Shown: positions 55,301-64,000 of the stretch, piece by piece | How the letters are laid out: every line of letters begins with the position of its first letter | How positions within the stretch are numbered: the stretch's first letter is position 1 | DNA from: a virus | Length of the DNA: 64,000 nt | IMG/VR virus record: IMGVR_UViG_3300042402_001861 | Location: 113,365 to 177,364 of that record | Strand: one strand, 5' to 3' | The notes under the pieces: generated by a model | What the model was told of the DNA's origin: nothing | Seen by the model: the letters and a program-made list of their open reading frames with translations, nothing else | Database searches by the model: none | Position numbers and translations under genes: made by a program

Positions 55301-58300
55301 CGGTGTACTCAACGGACTGTCTGTAAATAATGGCCTGAGTGTCACGGGTTCGATGGTTGTCACGGGATCAGCGGACATCTTTGGTGGTTTGTTTGTTGAC
55401 TCGGGTGGTTTGAGCGTAACTGGCGGCATTGCCGGAACTCTTCTAACTGCTGCACAGACCAACATCACTTCGGTTGGAACCTTGACTTCCTTGGCTTCCG
55501 CAGGACTCACTTCCTCTCAGAGGATCAATATCACCAATGGTGGTCTATCGGCAGCAGGACCAGTATTCATCCAATCCAATGGCTTGAGTGTAACTGGCGG
55601 CATCGCAGGAACCCTGTTGACCGCTGCACAGACCAATATCACTTCGGTCGGTGTACTTAATGGTCTTTCGGTTAACAATGGATTGAGTGTAACTGGTGGA
55701 ATTTCAATTACGGGTGGTATTCTTCAATTTGGACCATCAAGGATTGCTGATGGCTTGAGTGTCACAGGTTCGATGGTGGTAACCGGAGGTGCCGACATCT
55801 TCGGTGGACTATTTGTTGACTCTGGTGGCTTGAGTGTCACAGGTGGGGCAAGCATAACGGGCGGAGAAGCAATCTTTGGCGGATCAAGGATTCAATCGGG
55901 TGGCTTGAGTGTGACTGGCGGGATTGCGGGAACCTTGGTAACGCCATCACAGACCAACATCACGGCTGTGGGTTCCTTGGTGTCTTTGTCAACGGCAGGA
56001 CTTACCTCGTCCGAAAGAATCAATATCACAAATGGCGGTATCTCTGCGGCTGGTCCTGTATTCATTCAGTCCAATGGGTTGAGTGTGACTGGTGGCATTG
56101 CAGGTATTCTTCTAACTGCTGCACAGACCAACATCACTTCGGTTGGTGTACTAAACGGTCTATCTGTCAACAATGGTCTTAGCGTTACTGGTGGAGTAAG
56201 TATAACAGGAGGAGAAACGATCTTTGGTGGGTCTAGAATTCAATCAGGTGGATTGAGTGTTACGGGTTCCATGGTTGTTACAGGATCAGCAGACATCTTT
56301 GGTGGGTTGTTTGTTGACTCGGGTGGCTTGAGTGTGACTGGTGGCATCGCTGGAACTCTAGTCACTTCATCACAGACCAACATCACTTCAATCGGAACTT
56401 TGACTTCCTTGTCTACGGCAGGACTTACCTCGTCTGAAAGAGTCAACATTACCAATGGTGGTCTGTCTGCTTCTGGTCCTGTCTTCATCCAATCCAATGG
56501 CTTGAGTGTGACTGGTGGCATCGCTGGAACTTTGTTGACCGCTGCACAGACCAATATCACGACTGTTGGTTCCTTGGTGTCCTTGTCTACCGCAGGACTC
56601 ACTTCCTCTCAGAGGATCAATATCACCAATGGTGGTCTATCGGCAGCAGGACCAGTATTCATCCAATCCAATGGCTTGAGTGTAACTGGCGGAATCGCAG
56701 GAACTTTGATCACGCCAAGTCAAACGAACATTACTGGCTTGGGTACATTGACTTCACTAAGCACAGCAGGACTTACTTCATCCGAGAGAGTAAACATCAC
56801 CAATGGTGGTTTATCCGCAGCAGGACCAGTATTCATTCAGTCCAACGGTTTGAGTGTAACCGGTGGAATCGCCGGAACTCTTCTAACTCCTGCACAGACC
56901 AACATCACATCGGTCGGTGTACTCAACGGACTGTCTGTAAATAATGGCCTGAGTGTCACGGGTTCCATGGTTGTGACTGGTGGCGAATCAATCTTTGGTG
57001 GATCAAGGATACAATCTGGTGGATTGAGTGTCACGGGTAGTGCCACAATCACGGGCGGATTGAATGCGTATGGTCAATTGAGTGCTTACAATGGCATCGA
57101 AATACTACAATCGGGGTTGAGGGTAAGTAAAGGAGGAATCGATACCAATCTTGGTGTAACTTTCGGAAATCCCGCATATGGTTTCGGGGATGATCCTGTA
57201 ATCAATCTGTATCGTGGCACCAACGAATTGCTGAGAATAGGTGCAGCCCGTGGTGGAAGTTTCCTAGGTGGACTGAACAATGTGTATGTCTTTGACATCT
57301 TGGGTCCAAATGCCGCACAGACAAGAGCAATCAACTTCAGAAGAGGAACCAACTTTGACGGGGCATCGGCAAGCAACCATGTGACCATCATGTCGTTTGA
57401 TACGAGCGACAATGTAGGCATAAGGACTGCATCTCCGGGTGCTACATTTGATGTAGCGGGAACTCTTCGTGCTAGCGGAATCGGAACATTCACAAGTGGA
57501 CTGACAACCAACAATCTTTATGTCTCCCAAGGAACCACATTTGCAAGTGGTATCAACATTGCTTCGGGAGGCATTAGCGTCACAGGTGGTATCGCTGGAA
57601 CAATAACCAATCCATCACAGAACAACATCACGGCTGTGGGTTCCTTGGTATCCTTGTCCACGGCAGGACTTACATCTTCGCAGAGAGTCAACATCACCAA
57701 TGGTGGTCTGTCTGCCGGTGGTGGAATATGGGTACAGAGCGGTGGAATAAGCGTCACGGGGGGTATCGCTGGAACCCTGTTGACCGCTGCACAGACCAAC
57801 ATCACATCGGTTGGTGTACTTAATGGTCTATCTGTAAACAATGGACTCAGCGTGACTGGTGGCATTAGTATCACGGGTGGACTTCTTCAGTTTGGTCCTA
57901 GCCGAATTGCAGATGGACTTAGCGTTACTGGTGGTGTAAACATTACCGGTGGTGCAAACTTCTTCGGCAACATCATTGCAAATGGTGGAGTCACGGCATA
58001 TGGCGGTGTATCGACTCCTAGGATATTGTTTGGCAACACAGGTGCAAATTCCATAAGCGCAATCTATGACTTTGATACCTATGACACCCTCTCCTTTGAG
58101 GGATCTGCCGGACAACTATTCTCTATTTACAACAACTTGTCCTCGGGAACAATATTCTCCGTAAATGACATTTCGGGAATACCGAGCATAGAGGTAAATG
58201 CAGATGGAACTGTGTTGCTTGCAGGATTTACGGGAAATGTAGGCATCGGCATCACTTCTGCATCTGGAACTGAAAAAGTCCATGTCGGTGGTTCCTTGCG

Positions 58301-60860
58301 GGTACTGGGTTCAGTCAATTCTAGTGGACTGAGTGTCACAGGCTCTGCCATAATCACAGGTGGTGCCGATGTGTTTGGTGGATTGTTTGTTGATTCAGGT
58401 GGCTTGAGTGTCACGGGAGGTATTGCAGGAACTCTGTTGACTGCTGCACAACCCAACATCACATCAGTTGGTGTACTCAATGGTCTATCTGTAAACAATG
58501 GACTCAGCGTTACTGGTGGATTAAGTGTAACTGGTGGTTTTGTTCTCTATGGTCCTTTGACTTTGCCAGAAGGGACTCTGAATCTATCCATTATTAATGC
58601 ATCTAATGCGATTTCGATAACGGGAAATCTTTTCATCACGGGTGGCAATCTCACCGCAAATTCATTGTTTGCCAACCGTGCATCATTCTTGCAACCATTG
58701 ACCATCAGCAATGCCGGTGATGTGTCCTCGATTGGGAGCAGAAGCATAACATCTCATCATTTGAACTCCGATGTTCTCTATACGAGATCAATTGTTACAA
58801 GCAGCCCAACAGGAAACATCTACCTTGAAGGTCAAAATGTTTGGGTGAGAAATTCTGTGCTTACCATAACTGGACCGCATGGATTCGGAGCAGGAGCATC
58901 CGCTTATGTCTTGATAGACAGACCCGCTTATATCACGGGAAGTTCCACTCAATCCATTCGTGCCTTGACTTCCAAGGGGAATAACTCCTTTGAAAATGGA
59001 TACATTTGGTTAGGAAAGCAAGTAGACATGCCTTGGGATTGGTATTGGGGCTCTCCGTCCTACGGTCTGACATATCCCGGTTCAAATGTCTTTGATGTTG
59101 AATGCTATTTGCCGTCCGAATTCTTCAATACCACGACACATAACTTCAAATCAAGTTGGACAACAAGACTCGCAATAAACAAAGATCGTCCCGAGTCACC
59201 CGGTGTCTCTGGCGGAATAGTTTCTCCAATTCCAAGCGATTACAACATACTGAGACTTACTCAGAGAACAGCACCAACAGGAACCGTTTCTGCCGGACAC
59301 GGTTTTGTGGCACCTTCGGGTCTTTTGAATGTTGGTTACTCTGTATATGGTACAGGTGTGCCTATCATAAGTGATCCCAGATATGATGTTGTCTCTCTTG
59401 CGGTAGCAACTACTGGCCCAACATCTGTGATCGGTGTAGTTGTTCATACCGGTGGTGTAGAAATTACTGGAAATTCTAGTTTCAATCAGGATTTGACTAT
59501 TCGAGGAAACCTCTTCGTATTTGGGTCTTATCCTGGTTCAACTGGTTCTTCTACAGGTGTCACGAGTTTGAACGGGCTTGTTGGTTCCTTGACATTGACT
59601 GGTGGAACTGGCGTTTCGGTAACCTCGGTTGGTACGAACATCTTGAGAATCAGTTTCTCTGGTGCGGGTTCATTCACCGGTGGCATCGAAGTTTATGGCG
59701 GTGCCAAAATTCAATCAGGTGGCATGAGTCTTACTGGCGGTGCATCGATTACTGGTGGCCTAACGGTATATGGCAGTTCGATGATGGCAAACGGTCTGAG
59801 TGTGACGGGCGGAATGTATCTCACGGGAGGAATGACTGCTTACGGTCGATTGAATCTCCAAAGTGGGTTAGATGTCGATAGCGGTTTGGTTAATATTCGA
59901 AATGGTTGTGTCTTTCAGTCATCGATAAATTCTGTTGACTTCTATCCTGATGTCTATTTTACCAGCAACAGCACTATAAGGATGTTGTCTGGAACAAATT
60001 TCTTGGGATTGGGAATCAGCGGCGGTGCAACTGCATACGGTGGAATCAAGATACAGAGCGGTGGATTGAGCGTAACTGGCGGCATCGATGTCACCGGTGG
60101 TGCTACCGTGTTTGGAGAAATGGATGTCGGCAATGGGATTAGTGTAACTGGTGGCATGGCGATTACCGGAGCGATTGTTTCGTTCGGTGGAGTACAGATC
60201 AACAGCGGGGGGTTGAGTGTAACTGGTGGAGCAAGAATTCAAGGACTATTGACAGTTACTGGAACAAACTCATTGACCGTGTTTGGTGGATTCCGTGTTG
60301 AAAATGGTGTCAGTATCACAGGCGGAATAGATGTTACTGGTGGTGCAACGGTGTTTGGAACAATCAATGCCGGTAATGGCATTAGTGTAACTGGCGGAGC
60401 AATAGTAACCGGGTCAGCAGACATCTTTGGTGGACTCTTCGTTGACTCTGGTGGCTTGAGTGTCACGGGTGGTGCAAGCATCACCGGAAACATCAGGATC
60501 AATGCCTCTTCTCTTTCTCCTGTTGGAGCCGCACCTTCGGCAACCGTTCGAGCATGGGTAAACTACAATCAGGCAACTCCTTCGACAAGAGGAAGCATGA
60601 ATGTCTCAAGCGTTTCGGACAATGCAGCAGGTCTTTTCTCGTTGAATTACACCACAAATCTATCAACCACGGGTTATGCTGTTTCGGCAATAGGAGAAAG
60701 AGTGGGTGCCAACGGAACAACATTGGTAGTTCTGCAAAATACCACCAATCCTCTAGGGACAACCGGTGTTGCTTTGCAGACGATTGAAAATGCCGGAGGT
60801 GCTGGTGTTCCCGGCACAAACACCGATTTAACTTATGTCACCATCATAGTGGTTCAATGA
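52362..60860 (+). CDS. giant (2,832 aa) repeat-rich tail fibre / adhesin
   Basis: N-terminal IKLKRG..PTGL..GELAIN anchor motif; dozens of GLSVTGG(I/A) and QTNITSVG repeats; C-terminal RAWVNY...S.NVSS..DN..G fibre-tip motif. Confidence 0.88.
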   Translation: MGAEDIIIKLKRGVSGGAAPTGLTHGELAINTTDVRLYVGSLTGSVLAINNRFFTGATAPDYPIEGDRWYNGTYESAYISGSWQAVGGGGGTGSFNPANLLMFVAGASGSGGITFSGNFTITNNLGGTTEILNGLTVVGGITGSILTATQPNITLVGILSSLTASGLISANAGLSASNLFVTNGATFGSNIYAPNMVTGVNGITGAVTITSGSNITITQSGKQITIAAAATPATLATSSVTGVASFRAADFDVSVTGSVSLTGTVARTNVSQTFTGLQTFGSGISGNGITGTLLTSTQPNITLLGSLSALTAANVQVSGGGLSVTGGIAGTIVTASQPNITAIGTLSSFSTAGLTSFERINITNGGLSASGPVFIQSNGLSVTGGIAGTLLTAAQTNITSVGVLNGLSVNNGLSVTGSLVVTGSADIFGGLFIDSGGLSVTGGIAGTIVTPSQTNITSVGVLNGLSVNNGLSVTGGISVTGGVSVGGGGLSVTGGIAGTLLTSAQTNITSVGTLSNLTATNVQISSGGLSVTGGLSVTGGETLFGGSRIQSGGLSVTGGIAGTLVTAVQTNITSVGTLTSLSTAGLTSSQRINITNGGLSAAGPIFIQSNGLSVTGGIAGTLLTAAQTNITSVGTLSNLTATNVQISSGGLSVTGGLSVTGGSTLFGGGTIQSGGLSVTGGIAGTLLTAAQPNITSVGTLTSLNSSGLISTTAGLSGNSLNIAAGATFNGAVRIFGDLLVSGGITTTVSENVLIEDNFIVLNSNATVADSGGIEVYRGPAATNRILRWNESSGTWQYTNDGTTYFNIAAAGALPLASATVTGVASFGNEFVVSALGAVSLTSNYVRSVNGVTGGVTGVAWNFLPQTFTGYQSFSSGVSSSNLYVSTGATFAGGVNISSGGLSVTGGIAGTIVTPSQTNITTVGSLVSLSTAGLTSSQRINITNGGLSAAGPVFIQSNGLSVTGGIAGTLLTATQTNITSVGVLNGLSVNNGLSVTGSMVVTGSADIFGGLFVDSGGLSVTGGIAGTLLTAAQTNITSVGTLTSLASAGLTSSQRINITNGGLSAAGPVFIQSNGLSVTGGIAGTLLTAAQTNITSVGVLNGLSVNNGLSVTGGISITGGILQFGPSRIADGLSVTGSMVVTGGADIFGGLFVDSGGLSVTGGASITGGEAIFGGSRIQSGGLSVTGGIAGTLVTPSQTNITAVGSLVSLSTAGLTSSERINITNGGISAAGPVFIQSNGLSVTGGIAGILLTAAQTNITSVGVLNGLSVNNGLSVTGGVSITGGETIFGGSRIQSGGLSVTGSMVVTGSADIFGGLFVDSGGLSVTGGIAGTLVTSSQTNITSIGTLTSLSTAGLTSSERVNITNGGLSASGPVFIQSNGLSVTGGIAGTLLTAAQTNITTVGSLVSLSTAGLTSSQRINITNGGLSAAGPVFIQSNGLSVTGGIAGTLITPSQTNITGLGTLTSLSTAGLTSSERVNITNGGLSAAGPVFIQSNGLSVTGGIAGTLLTPAQTNITSVGVLNGLSVNNGLSVTGSMVVTGGESIFGGSRIQSGGLSVTGSATITGGLNAYGQLSAYNGIEILQSGLRVSKGGIDTNLGVTFGNPAYGFGDDPVINLYRGTNELLRIGAARGGSFLGGLNNVYVFDILGPNAAQTRAINFRRGTNFDGASASNHVTIMSFDTSDNVGIRTASPGATFDVAGTLRASGIGTFTSGLTTNNLYVSQGTTFASGINIASGGISVTGGIAGTITNPSQNNITAVGSLVSLSTAGLTSSQRVNITNGGLSAGGGIWVQSGGISVTGGIAGTLLTAAQTNITSVGVLNGLSVNNGLSVTGGISITGGLLQFGPSRIADGLSVTGGVNITGGANFFGNIIANGGVTAYGGVSTPRILFGNTGANSISAIYDFDTYDTLSFEGSAGQLFSIYNNLSSGTIFSVNDISGIPSIEVNADGTVLLAGFTGNVGIGITSASGTEKVHVGGSLRVLGSVNSSGLSVTGSAIITGGADVFGGLFVDSGGLSVTGGIAGTLLTAAQPNITSVGVLNGLSVNNGLSVTGGLSVTGGFVLYGPLTLPEGTLNLSIINASNAISITGNLFITGGNLTANSLFANRASFLQPLTISNAGDVSSIGSRSITSHHLNSDVLYTRSIVTSSPTGNIYLEGQNVWVRNSVLTITGPHGFGAGASAYVLIDRPAYITGSSTQSIRALTSKGNNSFENGYIWLGKQVDMPWDWYWGSPSYGLTYPGSNVFDVECYLPSEFFNTTTHNFKSSWTTRLAINKDRPESPGVSGGIVSPIPSDYNILRLTQRTAPTGTVSAGHGFVAPSGLLNVGYSVYGTGVPIISDPRYDVVSLAVATTGPTSVIGVVVHTGGVEITGNSSFNQDLTIRGNLFVFGSYPGSTGSSTGVTSLNGLVGSLTLTGGTGVSVTSVGTNILRISFSGAGSFTGGIEVYGGAKIQSGGMSLTGGASITGGLTVYGSSMMANGLSVTGGMYLTGGMTAYGRLNLQSGLDVDSGLVNIRNGCVFQSSINSVDFYPDVYFTSNSTIRMLSGTNFLGLGISGGATAYGGIKIQSGGLSVTGGIDVTGGATVFGEMDVGNGISVTGGMAITGAIVSFGGVQINSGGLSVTGGARIQGLLTVTGTNSLTVFGGFRVENGVSITGGIDVTGGATVFGTINAGNGISVTGGAIVTGSADIFGGLFVDSGGLSVTGGASITGNIRINASSLSPVGAAPSATVRAWVNYNQATPSTRGSMNVSSVSDNAAGLFSLNYTTNLSTTGYAVSAIGERVGANGTTLVVLQNTTNPLGTTGVALQTIENAGGAGVPGTNTDLTYVTIIVVQ
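53230..60490 (+). repeat. hierarchical coding repeats (GGLSVTGGIAGTLLTAAQTNITSVG.L units), interrupted at about 54.5-55.0, 57.1-57.5, 58.0-58.3 and 58.6-59.7 kb
   Basis: Near-identical DNA blocks recur, e.g. ACCAACATCACATCAGTTGGAACCTTGTCGAACCTGACGGCAAC near 53878 and 54243; boundaries approximate. Confidence 0.85.
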
Positions 60861-60893
60861 CATATCTACTATTAAGAAACGGAGGGAATACAC

Positions 60894-61103
60894 ATGGCTT
60901 TGTCTGACATTTCAAAGAGGGTGGTATCTGTCAATGACGATGGAACGATTCGGATATTGATTCCTACTCCTGAGTATCTTGAAAATCACACAATAGAGGA
61001 TTTGATAGCAAAGGACATCCCTCCCGGGATTCAATACTACATCATCGATGCATCGGAGATGCCCACCGACAGAACATTCAGGAATGCATGGACATGGGAA
61101 TAA
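60894..61103 (+). CDS. tail fibre assembly-associated small protein
   Basis: IAKDIP.G..Y.IID...P.DRTFRNAW motif; RBS GGAGG; follows the fibre gene. Confidence 0.7.
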   Translation: MALSDISKRVVSVNDDGTIRILIPTPEYLENHTIEDLIAKDIPPGIQYYIIDASEMPTDRTFRNAWTWE

Positions 61104-61345
61104 AGATAAACATCGAGAAGGCCAAGGAGATATCCCACGACATTCGCAGGCGAGTTCGTGCAAAGGAATTTGAACCACTTGACAACATCATTGCCAAGCG
61201 CATTCCGGGCACACCTGAGGCAGCCGTGGAGGTGCAGCGGCAGGAAATCCGCGACCGCTATGCCGCCATTCAAGAGCAGATAGATGCCGCCGAAACCGTG
61301 GAAGAATTGAAGGCTTTGCCGATATTTGATAATCGAAACACCTGA
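61094..61345 (+). CDS. tail fibre assembly-associated small protein 2
   Basis: KINIEKAKEISHDIRR..R..EF.PLD...RQ.IRD.YA..Q..IDAA.T.EELK; usual partner of the upstream gene. Confidence 0.65.
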   Translation: MGIKINIEKAKEISHDIRRRVRAKEFEPLDNIIAKRIPGTPEAAVEVQRQEIRDRYAAIQEQIDAAETVEELKALPIFDNRNT

Positions 61346-61383
61346 ATTTCGTGTGTTTCTTTAGAAACTAAATACTCGGCACT

Positions 61384-61812
61384 ATGCCCCTAAATTTCCC
61401 GTCTGGCCCAACTTCAGGTGCGATTTACTCGTTCAATGGCAAGACATGGACATGGAATGGATATGCCTGGGACATCCTCGTAGCCACCGTAGGAACCACA
61501 GGAACCGTTTCAACCATCAATGGCATTACCGCCGACTCGTTCGGCAATGTCACCCTTGAACTTGAGGATTTATCCAATGTCAACATCGGCTCCAAGCAGG
61601 ACGATGACATACTGCGTTGGGATGCCGACACTTCAAAGTGGATCACCCTGAGTTCGGGAGTCAGCGCAGGCAATTTTATAATTCTGTCAGCAGGAGGAAC
61701 CGCAGGAACGGGCAAGTTGCCTGCCGTGGATGGTTCCCTGCTCTTGGATGTCAACGCTTACTATTTGAGAAACAAATCACCAGATCAGATCACCGATGGC
61801 GGTTCGTTCTGA
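61384..61812 (+). CDS. small virion protein
   Basis: MPLNFPSGP...NGKTWTWNG.AW shared with 50827; L.DL.NV..D.L.W...W repeat; late promoter 61369-61374. Confidence 0.7.
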   Translation: MPLNFPSGPTSGAIYSFNGKTWTWNGYAWDILVATVGTTGTVSTINGITADSFGNVTLELEDLSNVNIGSKQDDDILRWDADTSKWITLSSGVSAGNFIILSAGGTAGTGKLPAVDGSLLLDVNAYYLRNKSPDQITDGGSF

Positions 61813-61865
61813 ATGCTAAATAACCAGCCATCACCTCAACAATGGGTCAATAACAGGAGATAGAT

Positions 61866-63401
61866 ATGCCAAGAGAGAGTTTAATTCGTATTCTTCGTTC
61901 TACGACTACCGATGTCCCCGCAGGGTTGACATTCGGTGAACTTGCTTATTCTGATCTCAACGGCAAGTTGTTTGCAGGCAAGAACGATGGAACAAGTCTC
62001 TGGATTGGCGCTCAGGTAACCGGTGGTGACATTGCCAACGACAGCCCATACATGGTTCCGACCCAATCTGCGGTCAAGGCTTATGTTACAGGGGTGGTCG
62101 GTGGTGGATCAGGAGTTGTAAACAGCGTAAACGCAACCGGTGGTGCAATTACCATCACGGGTGACGGTGGTGCAATCAGCAATGTTCAGGTCAACAAGGC
62201 CAACACCATCACGGCTCGTCTTGCAAGCACATCCGTCACAGGTGTTGCATCTTTCTCTTCTGACAACTTTGCCGTTGATGCAAACGGACAAGTCACGGTA
62301 AAGAACGGCGGAATCGCCAACGACGAACTGGTTAATTCTTCAGTAACTGTCAACTCAGGTACAGGTCTTGCCGGTGGTGGTGCGGTTGCACTTGGTGGTT
62401 CCATCACCCTAACAAATATCGGCGTGGTCAGCCTAAACGGACTGACAGGTGCAAGAAGCCTGACAGGTGACGGTGGTGCAGTATACGGCGTGGGTAACGA
62501 CAGAATCGCTGCTCGTGTTGCAAGCACATCGCTCACAGGTGTGGCTTACTTCTCCTCCGACAACTTTGCCGTCGCTGGCGATGGCTTAGTCACCGTGAAG
62601 GATGGCGGCATCGCAAATGTTGAACTCGTCAATTCCTCGGTCACGGTGAATACGGGTGTTGGTCTTGATGGTGGTGGCACGGTTGCACTCGGCTCCTCCA
62701 TCACAATCAACAACAATGGTGTTCGTTCCTTCAATGGCGCAACGGGTGCAGTAACCTTCTCCGTCACGGGTGACGGTGGTGCGCTGTTTGGCACAGGAAA
62801 CGGCACAAGCACAAGCACTATTGCTGCCCGTGTTGCCACGGCAAGTCTTACCGGCGTTGCCTCCTTCAACAGCGGAAACTTCAACATCGGCTCTACGGGA
62901 CATGTGGAAATCAAGGCTGGTGGCGTAAGCAATACAAACCTTGCAAATTCCTCGGTTACCGTAAATGCTGGCGGCAGCAGCACCCTGAGCCTAGGAAACA
63001 CGCTTACGCTGACGGGTGGCGCTCAGGACAACATCAAGTTCACCAACAGCGGAAACACGATCACCGCCACGCTTTCGGACAATGTGACGATTTCCGGCAA
63101 CCTGACCGTCAATGGCACGGTCATGACGGCGAATGTCGATACCTTCACGGTCGAAGATTCGCTCATCATGCTTGCCACGGGAAACAACCTGAACAGCCTT
63201 GATATTGGCTTCTTCGGTCAATATGCACCATCAGGCGTAGGCGTTCAGTTCACGGGTCTGTTCCGTGATGCTGATGATGGAAAGTGGAACCTCTTCGCCG
63301 GATTGACAAGCGGCTCTGTGCCGGGAACCACGGTAAACAAGAGCGGTTCCGGTTACACGGTGGCAACACTCATCGCCAACATCGACGGCGGAACATTCTA
63401 A
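61866..63401 (+). CDS. tail fibre protein
   Basis: IRILRS..VP.GL.FGELAY; three to four AS.S(V/L)TGVA.F repeats; C-terminal FTGLFRDA.DG; late promoter 61817-61822. Confidence 0.8.
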   Translation: MPRESLIRILRSTTTDVPAGLTFGELAYSDLNGKLFAGKNDGTSLWIGAQVTGGDIANDSPYMVPTQSAVKAYVTGVVGGGSGVVNSVNATGGAITITGDGGAISNVQVNKANTITARLASTSVTGVASFSSDNFAVDANGQVTVKNGGIANDELVNSSVTVNSGTGLAGGGAVALGGSITLTNIGVVSLNGLTGARSLTGDGGAVYGVGNDRIAARVASTSLTGVAYFSSDNFAVAGDGLVTVKDGGIANVELVNSSVTVNTGVGLDGGGTVALGSSITINNNGVRSFNGATGAVTFSVTGDGGALFGTGNGTSTSTIAARVATASLTGVASFNSGNFNIGSTGHVEIKAGGVSNTNLANSSVTVNAGGSSTLSLGNTLTLTGGAQDNIKFTNSGNTITATLSDNVTISGNLTVNGTVMTANVDTFTVEDSLIMLATGNNLNSLDIGFFGQYAPSGVGVQFTGLFRDADDGKWNLFAGLTSGSVPGTTVNKSGSGYTVATLIANIDGGTF

Positions 63402-63409
63402 AAAACAAA

Positions 63410-63453
63410 GTAGACATCCCGAATCCATAAAACCGTGGGTTCGGGCTGTCTAC
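63410..63453. repeat. long intergenic hairpin
   Basis: GTAGACA-T-CCCGAATCCA / TGGGTTCGGG-C-TGTCTAC; overlaps a CTACATA late-promoter-like variant. Confidence 0.6.
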
Positions 63454-63465
63454 ATACTTTAGGTC

Positions 63466-64000
63466 ATGCCGAGAGAAAGTACCATACGAATCTACCGCTC
63501 GGATACGGCAGGAACAGTACCGTCCCTGACTGCCGGTGAAATCGCCATAAACATACCCGATAGTAGGCTCTTCGTGGGCAACTCTACGGGTGGGGTGATA
63601 CCATTCTTTGGAAATGGGGTCACGGGTGTCAATGGAATCACGGGTGCCGTTGTCTTGGCTCAAGGTTCTGGTATCAGCATCACCCCATCCGGTAAGCAAC
63701 TTACGATTGCTTCGACCATTACTCAATACACCGCACCTTTGGCTACCTCTAGCGTCACAGGTGTTGCTTCGTTCAGGGCAGCAGATTTTGATGTGTCTAC
63801 AACTGGTTCCGTGAGTTTGACCGGGAATGTTGCAAGAACCAATGTTGCACAGACATTCACGGCGATACAGTCATTCCCGAATGGACTTTCTGCCCAAGGC
63901 GCAACCTTTGCGGGAATGGTAAGTGTTGCCGATTTCTTGGCGAGAACTGTTGGTGGTGACGAGGGAGGTGAGATCAAACTTGGTCTTGCTCAAACAAACA
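63466..64000 (+). CDS. tail fibre protein (3'-truncated by window edge)
   Basis: MPRESTIRIYRS...GEIAIN; shares LATSSVTGVASFRAADFDVS.TGSVSLTG.VARTNV.QTF with the giant fibre; no stop before window end. Confidence 0.8.
   Translation, partial: MPRESTIRIYRSDTAGTVPSLTAGEIAINIPDSRLFVGNSTGGVIPFFGNGVTGVNGITGAVVLAQGSGISITPSGKQLTIASTITQYTAPLATSSVTGVASFRAADFDVSTTGSVSLTGNVARTNVAQTFTAIQSFPNGLSAQGATFAGMVSVADFLARTVGGDEGGEIKLGLAQTN

Noticed and set aside
53230-60490. Regularly recurring DNA repeats as a possible CRISPR array or DGR template/variable pair
   Set aside because: They are in-frame coding repeats without unique spacers. Differences look mainly synonymous rather than adenine-specific, and no reverse transcriptase or cas gene is in the window
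60894-61345. Frameshifted single chaperone gene (pseudogene)
   Set aside because: The two-ORF arrangement with a short overlap resembles pairs commonly seen after phage fibre genes; each ORF has a plausible start
1-64000. Stop-codon reassignment (TAG is rare as a stop; only gmd was seen ending in TAG)
   Set aside because: All core genes are full-length under the standard bacterial code; TGA dominance is explained by ATGA/TGATG overlaps

Overview
A 64-kb segment of a large T4-like (Tevenvirinae/cyanomyophage-type) dsDNA phage genome, almost entirely on the + strand. It carries the T4 replication core (gp45, gp44, gp62, regA, gp43, uvsX, gp41, gp61), dut, thyX and speD, and four tRNAs plus one aberrant tRNA-like RNA. 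Recurring (C/A)TAAATA T4-type late promoters and sigma70-like promoters, mostly with 16-bp spacers, punctuate it. From 48 kb onward is a tail-fibre/collagen region that includes a 2,832-aa repeat protein. The accessory content is unusual: (i) a 1,061-aa polyprotein fusing an HxGH nucleotidyltransferase, a RimK-type ATP-grasp ligase, a retropepsin-like (RimB-type) protease, half of DUF5824 and a DUF3140-like domain, with a separate M14 deacylase that would complete the bacterial RimK neighbourhood; (ii) a 12-gene glycan island between uvsX and gp41 with Gmd, two fungal-type GT15 mannosyltransferases, FkbM methylases and a kinase-aldolase fusion; (iii) a DNA methyltransferase split in two by an HNH gene; (iv) exported proteins (beta-barrel, two proteases, i-type lysozyme, a secretin-like domain) whose motifs point to a Planctomycetota (Phycisphaerae-like) host; (v) about ten ORFs with T4 capsid-targeting-like N-termini. 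All family assignments are from motif recognition by eye; no searches were run.
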